Shown here: positions 11,620-24,972 of the stretch, in pieces | Layout of the letters: each line of letters starts with the position of its first letter | How positions within the stretch are numbered: position 1 is the stretch's first letter | Program-made: the position numbers and the translations under genes | Notes under the pieces: generated by a model | The model's database searches: none | What the model saw: only the letters and a program-made list of their open reading frames with translations | What the model was told of the DNA's origin: nothing | NCBI RefSeq assembly: GCF_018350175.1 | Contig: NC_058368.1 | Coordinates: 132,682,001 to 132,746,000 of the forward strand | Direction of reading: 5' to 3' | Length of the DNA stretch: 64,000 nt | Origin: Felis catus | Taxonomy: Eukaryota

Positions 11620-14021
11620 AGTGGTCTAGTTTCATTCTTCTGCATGTTGCTGTCCAGTTCTCCCAGCACCATTTGTTAAAGAGACTGTCTTTTTTCCATT
11701 GGATATTCTTTCCTGCTTTGTCAGAGATTAGTTGGCCATACTTTTGTGGGTCTAGTTCTGGGTTTCTATTCTATTCCATTGGTCTATGTGTCTGTTTTTG
11801 TGCCAATACCATGCTGTCTTGATGACAGCTTTGTAGTAGAGGCTAAAGTCTGGGATTGTGATGCCTCCTGCTTTGGTCTTCTTCTTCAAAATTACTTTGG
11901 CTATTTGGGGCCTTTTGTGGTTCCATATGAGTTTTAGGATTGCTTGTTCTAGCTTCGAGAAGAATGCTGGTGCAATTTTGATTGGGATTGCATTGAATGT
12001 GTAGATAGCTTTGGGTAGTATTGCCATTTTAACAATATTTATTCTTCCAACCCATGATCACGGAATGTTTTTCCATTTCTTTATGTCTTCTTCAATTTCC
12101 TTCATAAGCTTTCTATAGTTTTCAGCATACAGATCTTGTACATCTTTGGTTAGGTTTATTCCTAGGTATTTTATGCTTCTTGGTGCAATTGTGAATGGGA
12201 TCAGTTTCTTTATTTGTCTTTCTGTTGCTTCATTATTAGTGTATAAGAATGCAACTGATTTCTGTACCTTGATTTTGTATCCTGCAACTTTGCTGAATTC
12301 ATGTATCAGTTCTAGCAGACTTTTGAAACTAGACCACTTTTTTACACCATTCACAAAAACAAACTCAAAATGGATAAAGGACCTGAATGTGAGACAGGAA
12401 ACCGTCGAAACCCTAGAAGAGAAAGCAGGAAAAAGCCTCTCTGACCTCAGCCACAGCAATTTCTTACTTGACACATCCCCAAGGGCAAGGGAATTAAAAG
12501 CAAAAATGAACTATTGGGACCTCATGAAGATAAAAAGCTTCTGCACAGCAAAGGAAACAATCAACAAAACTAAAATGCAACCGATGGAATGGGAAAAGAT
12601 ATTTGCAAATGACATATCGGACAAAGGGCTAGTATCCAAGATCTATAAAGAGCTCACCAAACTCCACACCCGAAAAACAAATAATCCAGTGAAAAAATGG
12701 GCAGAAAACATGAATAGACACTTCTCTAAAGAAGACATCCAGGGGCACCTGGGTGGCTCAGTCGGTTAAGCGGCCGCCTTGGCTCAGGTCATGATATCCT
12801 GGTCCGTGAGTTCGAGCCCCACGTCAGGGCTGTCTGTGCTGACAGCTCAGAGCCTGGAGCCTGTTTCAGATTCTGTGTCTCCCTCTCTCTGACCCTACCC
12901 CGTTCATGCTCTGTCTCTCTCTGTCTTCAAAAATAAATAAACGTTAAAAAAAAAAATTATTAAAGGGGCGCCTGGGTGGCACAGTCGGTTAAGCGTCCGA
13001 CTTCAGCCAGGTCACGATCTCGCGGTGGGTGAGTTCGAGCCCCGCGTCGGGCTCTGGGCTGATGGCTCAGAGCCTGGAGCCTGTTTCCAATTCTGTGTCT
13101 CCCTCTCTCTCTGCCCCTCCCCCGTTCATGCTCTGTCTCTCTCTGTCCCAAAAATAAAAATAAAAACGTTGAAGAAAAAAAAAATTAAAAAAAAAATTAA
13201 AAAAAAAAAGACATTCAGATGCCCAAAGGCACACGAAAAGATGCTCAACGTCGCTCCTCATCAGGGAAATACAAATCAAAACCACACTCAGATACCACCT
13301 CATGCCAGTCAGAGTGGCTAAAATGAACAAATCAGGAGACTATAGATGCTGGCGAGGATGTGGAGAAACGGGAACCCTCTTGCACTGTTGGTGGGAATGC
13401 AAACTGGTGCAGCCGCTCTAGAAAACAGTGTGGAGGTTCCTCAAAAAATTAAAAATACACCTACCCTATGACCCAGCAATAGCATTGCTAGGAATTTACC
13501 CAAGGGATACAGGAGTGCTGATGCTAGGGGCACTTGTACCCCAATGTTTATAGCAGCACCTTCAACAGTAGCCAAATTATGGAAAGATCCTAAATGTCCA
13601 TCAACTGATGAATGGATAAAGAAATTGTGGTTTATATACACAATGGAGTACTACGTGGCAATGAGAAAGAATGAAATATGGCCCTTTGTAGCAACGTGGA
13701 TGGAACTGGAGAGTGTGATGCTAAGTGAAATAAGCCATACAGAGAAAGACAGATACTATATGGTTTCACTCTTACGTGGATCCTGAGAAACTTAACAGAA
13801 ACCCATGGGAGAGGGGAAGGAAAAAAAAAAAAAAAAGAGGTTAGAGTGGGAGAGAGCCAAAGCATAAGAGACTCTTAAAAACTGAGAACAAACTGAGGGT
13901 TGATGGGGGGTGGGAGGGAGGGGAGGGTGGGTGATGGGTATTGAGGAGGGCACCTGTTGGGATGAGCACTGGGTGTTGTATGGAAACCAGTTTGACAATA
14001 AATTTCATATTTAAAAAAAAA
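11620..14021 (+). mobile_element. Inner felid L1 with 5' inversion (inverted 11620-~12323, forward ~12324-14021)
   Basis: Minus-strand ORF2 peptides ([32 protein letters not shown]) followed by plus-strand ORF2 ([22 protein letters not shown]), 3'UTR and polyA; TSD AAACTTAACAGAA at 11607-11619 and 14022-14034. Confidence 0.95.
12742..13207 (+). mobile_element. Two Can-SINEs (second in the tail of the first) inside the inner L1 ORF2
   Basis: TSD AAGACAT(C/T)CAG at 12732-12742 and 13208-13218; the L1 reading frame resumes afterwards. Confidence 0.95.
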
Positions 14022-14411
14022 AAACTTAACAGAAGACTATGGGGGAGGGGAAGGGGAAAAAAAAGTTACAGAGAGGGAGGGAGGCAAACCGTAAGAGACA
14101 CTGGATACGGAGAACAAACTGGGAGTTGATGGGGGATGGGGGAGAGGGGAAAGTGAGTGATGGGCATTGAGGAGGGCACCTGTTGGGATGAGCACTGGGT
14201 GTTGTATGGAAACCAATTTGACAATAAGTTATGTTTAAATAAATGAACAGGAAAAAGGAGAACAAAACTTCATATATAACATATTTAAGTAAGTTATGCC
14301 TCTGTCTTAGCTTTTGCAATAGAATCTGTATTCTGTTATCTTCTATTGCTTTAGCATATCAGTTTTTCTAAATGATATTCAAAAGAATATACTATGTTAA
14401 TTTTCAGGATT

Positions 14412-15113
14412 CTTTTTTTTTAATGTTTATTTATTTTAGAGATGGAGAGAGAGACAGAGCACAAGTGGGGGAGGAGCAGAGAAAGAGGGAGACACAGAAT
14501 CTGAAACAGGCTCCAGGCTCTGAGCTGTCAGCACAGAGCCCGACATGGGGCTTGAACTCAGGAACAGGGAAATCAGGACCTGAGCTGAAGTCAGACGGTC
14601 AACCCACTGGGCCACCCAGGCGCCCTGGGATTCTTTTTTTTGTAAGTTTTATTTATTTTGAGAAAGACAGAGACAGCACAAGTGGGGGTGGGGCAGAGAG
14701 AGAGGGTGAGAGAAAGAATCCCAAACAGGCTCCGCACTGTGAGCACAGAGCCCAGCGTGGGGTTAGAACCCACAGGGTCATGGGAACATGACTTGAGCCA
14801 AAACCAAGAGTCAGATGCTGAACTGACTGAGCCACCCAGCCAGCCCTGTTTTCAGGATTCTTTTATAATCCTACGGTTATAATTCCTACTTTGTGTACAC
14901 AATATAGAATGTCCCACTGAAAAAAATTTTTATTTACATATTTTTTTAAGTTTATTTATTTTGAAAGAGAGAGAGAGGGAGAGACAGAATCCGAAGCATT
15001 CTCCATGCTGTCAACAGAGTCCAATGAGGGGCTTGATCTCATAAACCATAAGATCATAACCTCAGCCAAAATCAAAAGTAGGATGCTCAAGGAACTAAGC
15101 CACCCAGGTGCCT
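14412..15113 (-). mobile_element. Cluster of three minus-strand Can-SINEs (~14412-14626, 14630-14845, 14940-15113)
   Basis: Reverse SINE consensus; TSD TTTTCAGGATTCTTTT around the first two. Confidence 0.9.
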
Positions 15114-18067
15114 CTATATATTTTAGAAACTGAAAATGTGAAGGTCTTGTGAAGAAAAGGACAAAGTCATGGGATAGAAGGTGGGGAGGATTTGGGAGAT
15201 ATTAAGAAAATTTTCACTTATTTATAATGAAATTTTGAAGAATGATAATAAATTAAGATTTTGTAATACAGTGGTATATGGTATATTGGGGAAAGTACCA
15301 AATTAAGAATTTGAGAAATTTACTTCTTTCCATTTTTACTAATAAATAGCTGAATGATCTCAGGAACTTCTCTTCAGTTTTCTTGTCTGTAAAATGAATA
15401 TACAAGCATATGTGTAAGTGTTTGTACACGTGTGCACGGGTGCTTTCACGCGTCTATATAAAAGCTCTTTGTTACAGGAAGAGGTTAGGGGGAAACTAAA
15501 TCTTGTCACCACAGAGATTAAGTGAATTAAGTGCCTCTGCTGTCAGATTATATAAATTTGAAAGTTACTTCAGAGCACTTTAGGCTTTGCCCTAACCCTG
15601 AAGAGGAGAAACTTCACCCAAAGAGGCCTGAAACCTTGTTGGATTCAAGTGGATTCAATTCTTGTTCAGCAAGGATGGTGCAAGGCCAGCAGAACAGTGT
15701 AGTAAGTACTTGGGCAGTAATTCTGACCTTGCCTGGAGATTGTAAGGGAGAATATTCTTATGATCAGCTCTGGGACAGGAATGTGCTTCAGAAGCACATT
15801 TTAGAAGTGCTTAACTCCTACTAGAGCCCTCCAGAGATTGCCGAGACCTCAGAGTCTGACTGGCAGATGGTGCCTGGTTACATTTGAGTCAGAATTTTGT
15901 CAAGTGTCATTTTTGTGCCCAGTCAACTATTTCAGTACAGATGATTAGTCATATTTTAATTAGACCTAATTCAAGGCAGATTTTTCATAGAACATCCTTC
16001 TACCTGTTTATGCTTGTCTTACCTTTTGGGGGGAGTCAATAGTTTTTACCTAATCTAGACCATGAGTTTTGAGTTAACTGTGCTGAGTATGCTTCTGGGC
16101 TGTCTGAAGTAGCAGCCCTGGTGCTCCCAGATACAGCAAGTCCAGGCACTCCTAGTTGGGGAGCCCCTCCTGATGGAGCTTAGCACAGAGTGAGAATTCT
16201 GCTCGCGTCAGCTGCTGAGATATGTGAAGAGCCTCTGTTCTCAGGTCAGGGCCAGTGTGACCAGGTAAACCCAGGAAGCAAGTACGTGGTACACTGCTGT
16301 GCAGCAGTGTGCCTGGCTTCTGCCTTGACCCACTTCCCTGATGGGAAAGCCCTCTGCTCCCAATCTCAGCCTGCTCATTTGGGTCCCTCACAACTTAACC
16401 CAACTCTTGACAGGCCCTTTTCACTGCAGTTTTTTTCTGCCCCTGCTACATATAGCTCCTGCCTAGATGCTCCCCAACCTTACAACATCCAGTATTGTAC
16501 TTTCTAGAAACTCCTATTGCCATGCCCCACACCTCAGGACATACTTTCTGGTACTGTTAAAACCGGCCTTGATAAATCCAGGTTAATCACACCCACATGA
16601 ACTCTGTGATTTGAACTGCTAGCCGTCCCTGAGGGAGCCAGCCCACAGCCCACTTAAGTCCCCCTGGTCATTCTGGGTTTCTTGCCATTGCAGGCACCTG
16701 CTGTGGGGACCCCAGTGTTTGCCAACACCAACTAGAGAGGGTTCCAACTCCAGTCATGCCAGCATGCTCAGAAGTTCTCCATGGATATGAAAGGAGATTA
16801 TTATAGAAAAAGGAGACTTATTGTTCTCTGCCTCCACAGAGAATAAATGCAGAGGAAACTATGAGTAATGTATGCACAACAAGTGCTTTTTAGTACCAGG
16901 ACATAAAATTTTTTATTGGCAGGCAAAGTGAGATACAGATTGTTATATTAAGTAGTGCCCTCAGTTAAAATACAGCTATTTGCCTGCTGCAACAAAATGT
17001 AAAAAATTACAGAATTATTGCAGCAAAGGCTTGCACCAACAGTCTAAAATGCAGACACTAAAGCTGAGCACTGTTCTTTCAAAGATATACTTAGTTGGGA
17101 AAATATAAAGTTCAGGGGTGGACAGCCCAGGTCTTCATGGAGAGAGAGTGCACCCAATGGTAGATCTCTAAGGCTCTAGAGACAGAAGTCTCTCATTGGC
17201 TGTCACCCACACTGAGTCCATTACACCTGCTGACTCTGTCTGCAGTCCATTTCCTCCGAAGGACCATGAACTGACCAGCCATCCAGATGTGCCATGCATA
17301 TTATGCCACCTGTTTTGAAGAAACATCTGGTGTTTTTATTACCTTGCTATTGCTGGGGGAATTTTCCATTCTCCTCCAAGGCCCTCCATTCTTTTGAGTG
17401 ATGTTGTTTGTGTTGCTGCATAAGGGTTCAAATGTTCTGTCCAGCTTTCTTCCTTTTTGTGCAGTGTTGACTCATTTTCCCCAGACACTTGTTCATATGC
17501 TGCTTGCTGTCGTCTCTTGATCTCTCTTGCCAAACGACAGTAAGGCATTTTTGAAGTGCCGGAAGTCTTTGGCTGGGGTTTTATCCAGCTGTCCTTGTTT
17601 GGTATGTTGGCAAAAGAGTCCCACTCTCCATTTGTGTAGAATTTGCCCATTATTTCTATTCCTGCCTCTCAAGTGGAGCCAGGTTAGCCAAATGATAGAA
17701 AATTAAATCCAGATGATTCGCGATAAGGAATATGTTTTATGAAAAAGACCATGGTCATAGAGAATGCTCAGAATGAGATTATGCAAATGTTTCTATTATC
17801 ACACGTTCAAGTAGTACAGACGCTCTTGATTCTAATGCAAGGCAAAGCAATTCTGGTTAGCTTTTTATTTATTTAATTTATCTCTTTTAAATGAGCAAAG
17901 CTCACTTAAGCATAAAAGAAATTAGGTCTTCAAAAGAGCCTGCCTCGTAATCACCTATGTGTTTCATAGCCCAACAGAGATGATGAATAAATTTGCTTTG
18001 GTCTCATAGTTGATAATATACCCATGCACTATTGTACAGAAATGGCTGTCATGCTCTTTCATTTCAG

Positions 18068-18175
18068 GAAACCTGTGATCTGGGTAAGATAAAACCTGAA
18101 GCCAGAAGATATTTGGAAAAGTCAGTTAAAATGGGAAAAAGGAATGGGCTCCATCTTCCAGAACAAGTACAAAAT
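18068..18175 (+). CDS. NLN: Neurolysin exon 4 (108 bp)
   Basis: tttcAG...AAT|gtgagt; [36 protein letters not shown]; phase 0-0; not in the ORF track. Confidence 0.97.
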
Positions 18176-18727
18176 GTGAGTTTGTTTCTTTTTTTTAATT
18201 TTTAAAAATGTTTTATTTTAAGTAGACTCCATACCCATCGTGGGGCTTGGACTCATGACCCTGAGATCAAAAGAGGCATGCTCTACCAACTGAGCCACCC
18301 AGGCACCCTGTTTATTTTTCTTATTGGAAAGAAAAAGAATAAATAAACAAAATATAACAACAGCAACAACAAAAAAACAAGTAGCACATTTGTAATATGG
18401 AAAATAACACATAATATTAAATCCGTTTACAGTGTATTTGGTAGTCAGTGTTTTTAAATTCTGCAACCCCTAAAAAAAAAAAAAAAAGAAAGAAAAAAAA
18501 GTCTATAACTCCTGTAAACCTCATGGTGACTGACAAACAACTCATGATTTTTTTTAATCCTGTATATTTTACCTTTGCTTCATGTGTGCTGGGTTTATTT
18601 TCCCTACTGTATTTTACATTTTCTTAAAGCTGGTTCCAGATCTTAATAGTTGATTTACATCCTCACTCCCTTGGTCATACAGAGATAGCACACTCTGGTA
18701 ATAAAATTTTTATGATGGAGAGTTTTA

Positions 18728-18996
18728 TTCTTTTTCTGTCAAGATTTTATTTAAATTCAAGTTAGTTACATGTAGTGTAGTATTAGTTTCAGGAATAGAA
18801 TTCACTGATTCATCACTTCCAGATAACTCCCAGTGCTCATCACAAGTGCACTCCTTAATGGCCCATCATCCATCTGGCCCCTCCCGCCACCCACTTCCCC
18901 TCAGCCACCCTCAGTTTGTGCTCTATAATTAAGTCTCTTATGGTTTGCCTCCCTTTCTGTTTTTATCTTATTTTTCCTTCCCTTCCCCTATGTTCA
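18728..18996 (-). mobile_element. Carnivore L1 3' end fragment
   Basis: Reverse L1 3'UTR (cccagtgctcatcacaagtgcactccttaat); 17-bp TSD TATGAT(G/A)GAGAGTTTTA at 18711-18727 and 18997-19013. Confidence 0.88.
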
Positions 18997-19051
18997 TATG
19001 ATAGAGAGTTTTAATACAAGCATTTTAGAATGAAATACCCTATAATTAATA

Positions 19052-19381
19052 CATTTAACCCTTGAACAGCCTAAGGGTCAGGGTGGTGACCCCCTGCACA
19101 GTCAGAAATACACATATAACTTCTGACTCCCCAGAAATTTAACTACTAAAGTCTCCTATTGACCAGGAACTTTATCCATAATGTAGTCAATTAACTTGTA
19201 TTTTGTATGTTTTGTGTATTATATACTGTATTCTTAAAGAAGGCCAGAAAAAAGAAGATGTTACTGAGAAAATTGTAAGCAAAAGAAAAAACACTGACAG
19301 GACTGAAATTTATTTACTGAAAAAAATCTGTATATATGTGGACCCAGATAGTCCAAATCCCTGTTGTTCAAGGGCCAACTG
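19052..19381. mobile_element. Tigger2-type (Tc1/mariner-pogo) non-autonomous DNA transposon
   Basis: Terminal inverted repeats CATTTAACCCTTGAACAGC / GTTGTTCAAGGGCCAACTG resembling the Tigger2 TIR; TA at the left flank. Confidence 0.85.
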
Positions 19382-19765
19382 CATATACCTTTTAAAGCCA
19401 GAGAGATTAGCTACTGAAAAGTGCTTCTCAAATTGTCTCTTGTCTAATGCTGATCACACCTTCCAGTTTAGTAAACTCAGCTGTAGAATTAACTCATTCT
19501 TCTTGGACAGGAAAAACAAACCCATGATTTGTTTCCAGGTCATTCTTCTATTCTCCTGTTCCAGTAGAACAGGAAATAACCAAGTGATGTTCAGCATAGT
19601 AGATACAACTGAAGGTACCACTGACATACGGGTACCTTTCTGTCACCCAGATGCCCTTTGAACACCTTGTGTCTTTAGCTTGTTATAGAAGCAATGTGAC
19701 TGATCTCACTTATCTGACCTTTTGTCTTCCTGGTCACTCATCAAATCTATTTGGGGCATGAACAC

Positions 19766-20140
19766 TGTATTAGTTAAAATGTGTTTACTTACAGCTCACA
19801 AAACCCTGTTGACACAGTTTAAACAACAGGAGATTTATTTGCTTGTATAACTGGGAAGTTCCACCATCCAGAAGGACATAGAGAAGTCTCCATCAAACCT
19901 CCCCTCATGTCTTAGTGGTGGCCCAGATTGGATCATATGCCAAATCCCAAATCCCCTTTTAGTGAGGATAATGCCAGGCCTGGCTTACCTGAACTAGTCC
20001 CATCCCAATTGATATCCTAACTGGCACAGAGTCACACCCCTGGAACTTCAGATAGGATCAGGTCCCACCCAATCTACATGGCTACTGTAGAATGAGGGAG
20101 AGGGGAAGGGAGTATGGGGTGACAACCAGAGTGTCCAAAA
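19766..20140 (-). mobile_element. Degraded MLT1-type LTR
   Basis: tgtattagtt...gagatttatttgcttgtataactgggaagttc; gcccagattggatcatatgcc. Confidence 0.55.
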
Positions 20141-20169
20141 ACAATATTGCGCAGTATGTGTTAAGTCAG

Positions 20170-20550
20170 CCGACTCAAATTTAGCGTGCAACAGAATTAC
20201 CTGGAAAGCTTTTAAAGCTCTGAGTACAGGGCTTCATGTCTGAGAGTTTGTGTTTTCATTGGTTTGGTGTGAATCTCAAGAATATGCATTTCTGGGGCAC
20301 CTGGATGGCTCACTTGGTTGAGCATCCAACTTTTGATTTCAGCTCAGGTCATGATCTCATAGATGTGCGATCGAGCCCTGCTTCAGGCTCTACACTGGGC
20401 ATGGAGCCCATTTAAGATTCTCTCTTCATCTTCCTCTGCCCCTCTCTCTCTCTCTTCTGTCTCTCAAGAAAAAAAAAAAAAGAATATGCATTTCTAATAA
20501 ATTCCCAGGTGATGAGGCTTCTGGTCAGGCCCATGCTTTGAGAACCATTA
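20170..20550. mobile_element. MER5A-like hAT MITE split by a Can-SINE (20294-20479)
   Basis: ctcaaatttagcgtgcaacagaattacctgga...tgcatttctaataaattcccaggtgatg...ctttgagaacca; SINE TSD AAGAATATGCATTTCT. Confidence 0.8.
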
Positions 20551-21380
20551 TGGTTTATGTAAATTTCATTATTTAGCATTTTTAGAAGATGGGACAGGTT
20601 AATAAAAATGTCTCATGTTTTTTTCTTGTGGTTTCCTTTTTTTTTCTTCCTTTGATTTCCCACTTAATAGTTTTTATACATATGTTAGTTCCCATAAATC
20701 ACCTCAGTTTACAAAGCTCTGTAATACTAAGATATAGCCTTTTTTCCAAAGCAACTATAGAATTAATTTGCACTTCTTATCTCTTGGTTTACTTCAGCAC
20801 CAAATACTGATTTCTACATTAAAACTTTGAATTGGAAAAGATTAGAAATATATTAATTATTAATAGGCTACTAGATTGATCCATTCACCCAGCAACTATT
20901 TATTTTGTGTATATACCATGTGCCAGAGTACGCTTTGACTATCCCTCCTAAATTTATTTAGCTCTTACAAGTTTACAGCTAGTTTCTACTGCATCACTGG
21001 AATTGCCTTTTTGTACATGTTGCATACAGATACTCATGGACATAGCAGAGAAGACAGCAAGGGAACTGTTGTATCAAGCATATCTTTATTTTTTTTTAAC
21101 ATTTATTTATTTATTTTGAAAGAGAGAGAGAGAACACAAGCAGGGGAGGGACAGAGGGAGAGGGAGAGAGAGGATCCTAAGCAGACTTTGCACTGTCAGC
21201 ACGGAGTCTGATGTAGGGCTCGAACTCACAAACCTTGAGATTAAAACCTGAGCTGAAATCAAGAGTCAGACGCTCAACCGACTGACCACCCAAGCACTCC
21301 TCAAGTATGACTTTAAAAAAAGTACTTCCTGATAGTTGGGTATAGAAGCCAGTCTTCATATAAAAGTGAAACTTACTTGA

Positions 21381-21590
<210 letters not shown>

Positions 21591-22171
21591 TAATATAATT
21601 TAGGCAAATAATGTTACCTCATAATTTGTCAAATCAGAGTTGAAAGAATTTTTTAAAAAATGAACCAGTGCCTTCTACAGAGCCCATCATGCCTTCTACA
21701 GAAAAGACAACCAAACCATGCATAGATTTTATGCTAATAAGAGTGTATACTGTTTTTAGAGACAGTCCAAAGGAGATTTCATAATATTTCTTGGTAAATT
21801 ACACTGGTATTTAACAGCCTTCAGTGCCTTGACATTTTTTTGCCTTATAATGTCCCCTACATTGTCACTTAACCTAGTGTCTTCTTAATCTGTTCTGGAT
21901 CTTTCTTGGCTTAATTTTGCCTGTTCTCCATCAAAACACCATCTGCACCAGTGCACTGAAGCCTATTCATGTTTTGAATTACCACCTCCTAAGCCACCTG
22001 TCTTCTAACTACCACCCCCAATCCGGTAACATCCAAATGATATTATAAGGATTGTCATTATTTTACTTGAACTTCAATTACTCTACAGAATTCCTAGAGA
22101 TTCTTAAAGGCACCATGCCAATGCTAAATCAACCAATAATGAGTGGAAAAAATTGACGTATGAGAAAATGA

Positions 22172-22348
<177 letters not shown>

Positions 22349-24733
22349 TAAATGTTTGTCTTTTGTCTTTATGGGAGATTTTAAGAAAGAGGTTTGCTTT
22401 GTTTACCAGTGTCAGAGTTAGCTCAGAGACCAGTACACTTATTTGTGTGAGTATTATGCCTCCTAATTCCTGAAAGCTTTTAGCTTTTCCCTTGCTCATT
22501 AGCAGCCTCAGTGTGGCCATATCCTATGCTATTCTAATAAAAATAGAACGGGTTAAATAAACTGAAAGTTGTATTCTTTCACTAAGTTGCTAGTCAAGGG
22601 CTCGTGGAGCACCTGTCTTCAACAAGTGACTTCCAAGGCCATTCCAGCTGTCACCATTTCCCAGCTTCTTGGGAAGAAGGAAAATAAAGACAGCACTTTT
22701 AAGAAGACTTGGAAATGACATACATCAACTCCATTCACATCCCATTGACTCGAGATTCCATCATGTAGCAATATCTAGCTGCAGGAGAACCTGGGAAGTA
22801 TAGACTTTAGTTGGCAGTCTTTGGCTCAGCTCAGGGAATTCTATTACCAAAAAAGGAAGAAATAGAAATGCATTCTTAGAGTCAACTAGCCAGCTCCACC
22901 ACAGTCTGCCTCTCTAGCTCTGCAGATAGCTCCTTTTTCCCCGCACATATAGAACCTATTCACCATATGTCAGATTCTAACCAGTTACTGCCTTGAGCTC
23001 AAACCCCTGGATGTCTGGAGTCCTCCCCACTTGTAGCTTCTCATTATCTAGCAGCCTGTGAAAGAGAGGGCAAGTTGTCTGGTCCATTCATCCCCACCAT
23101 GCACACCCACTGATAGAATAGGAACAGAATAACCACACTAAAAGCTCCTATTTGGAAAAGGAAAGCATGAGAAACATAGGCCCATACCAGTTTTCAAAAA
23201 GCTCTGGTGAAGTTCCTTGGATAGCTCATTAAAGTTATTTGGGTTCTTTTTCCAATAGGAGTTTGTTTTAGCAATTGTACTCCATGACGCCTGGTTTTAC
23301 CTGCCAGAAATTCTTTCTTTCCTGTTACCTTCCATGACCATATCCTGGGCAGCTACTAATAAAGATGCCTGCTGATGCTGGTTTGACACCTGAGGATTGC
23401 TTTAGGGATCAAATAACCTCAAGCTTTTGTAGGCCAAGCTCATGATGCCTTTGGTAATACAATTCCCTCAAAAACTTAGTAGGTTTATTGTCTGTTTGCT
23501 TCTAGTCAGATCCATGTTAAAACGTTTACACCCAAATAATGTTTTGGTCAACACTTCTTAAATCTACCAGATCTTTTTATATTGGCTCCTATATCCTATC
23601 CATCCTGCTTTTTTTCAATTTAATGGAGTCTGTTTTGGGGCCTTCTGAAACAGTAGGCTTGAGGAGGAAGGCAACATTCTCAAATGCATCTCTACAATTC
23701 AGTAACTCTGAGTGACAGTCTTTTCTCCCAATGTTAGGAGTACAGAGCAGTCAGCTTTTCCAGCCATCTGAAGGCCCAGATTGTAGGCCATAGACAGAAT
23801 CTCTGCTGGTACAAGTCTTTTCCTTCCATCTTTGCAAACTGATCGCTTCTCACTTGAGAACTTGAGTTCATCTCTCTTATGTAGTCTTTCTAAAAGCCAC
23901 AGATAACAACAAACATGCACCAACATTGTTAGTTTTCCCCCAACAGTTCCCCTAGAGCTAAGACTCTGTAGGTAATTGCCCTGCCTTCCAAGTAATGCTA
24001 TGAAATAGCTTTAACAAATGTTACCATGGGGTATAAGGATTGTCACCCTCCCAGCTTGCACTGTCTTTGTCCTTACCTTCCATTCCCGTACATTTTTCAT
24101 TTTTCTTATAGCAGTACCCTATTCCTAATATCAGCCTCTGTGGGTATAAGGTTACAGGTTAAGCAGCTAACAAAAGCCAGCCAAAAGCATAGTGACTCAA
24201 ATAAGATAAAAGTTATTTCTCTTGAGAAAGGATTAGTGGTTGGCAGAGGTTGGGGACACTGGAGAATTGCTGTTTAATGGTTACCAAGTTTCCGTTTGGA
24301 GTGTTGGAAAAGTTTTGGAAACAGATAGTAGTAGTGGTTGCACAATAGCATAAATGCAATTTGTGCTACTGAATTGTACACTGAAAAATGTTTAAAATGG
24401 GAGTTCCAGCGGGAGTGGGAGCAGAGAGCCCTGAGCAGCCCAGCCCCCACCGGCCAGTTCACATCACACCCCGAGGAGATGCAGCTACCTCAGCCAGCCC
24501 AGTCACCATCACGGCCACCACAAGCAGGGAGAGGGGGACCCAGCCCTCACCCACCCTCTGCTCTGCAGACCCTAGGCCTCCTCACCTCCGTGGTCAGCAG
24601 AGACAGGTCATCACAACGAAGATTTTCGGAACTGTCAAGTGGTTCAGCACGTAAGAAACAATTGTGGTTTCATCAACAGGAATGAGACCAAGGAAGATGC
24701 GTTTCTGCTCCAGACTGCCATAAAGAATAACCC

Positions 24734-24972
24734 GGTGTGGGCGCACCTGAGTGGCTCAGTGGGTTAAGCATCTGACTCTTGATTTCAGCTCAGGTCATAA
24801 TTTCATGGTTGTGGGATCGAGCCCCACATTGGGTTCCATGTTGAGCATGGAGCCTGCTTGAGATTCTCTGTCCCTCTCTCTTTGTCCCTCTGCCCCATTC
24901 ATGTGTGCTTTCTCTCTCTCTCGTTCTCCCCCTCTCTCAAAATAAATAAATAAACATTTAGGAAAAAAAAAA
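24734..24972 (+). mobile_element. Can-SINE inserted in the cold-shock domain of the YBX1 pseudogene
   Basis: TSD AAAGAATAACCC at 24722-24733 and 24973-24984. Confidence 0.93.

Larger units (their letters stand above)
11033..14245 (+). mobile_element. Outer 5'-truncated L1 (11033-11619 plus 14035-14245), split by a second L1
   Basis: ORF2 C-terminus [17 protein letters not shown]...HCWWEC; 3'UTR resumes at 14035 (GACTATGGGGGAGGGG), matching the unsplit copy at 2141-2170. Confidence 0.92.

Noticed and set aside
12058..12769. Overlapping 138-aa (-) and 207-aa (+) ORFs
   Set aside because: Chimeric read-through across the L1 inversion junction; ORF2 fragments only
19203..19661. 152-aa plus-strand ORF
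   Set aside because: Begins in the Tigger-type MITE and runs into intronic sequence; no transposase signature
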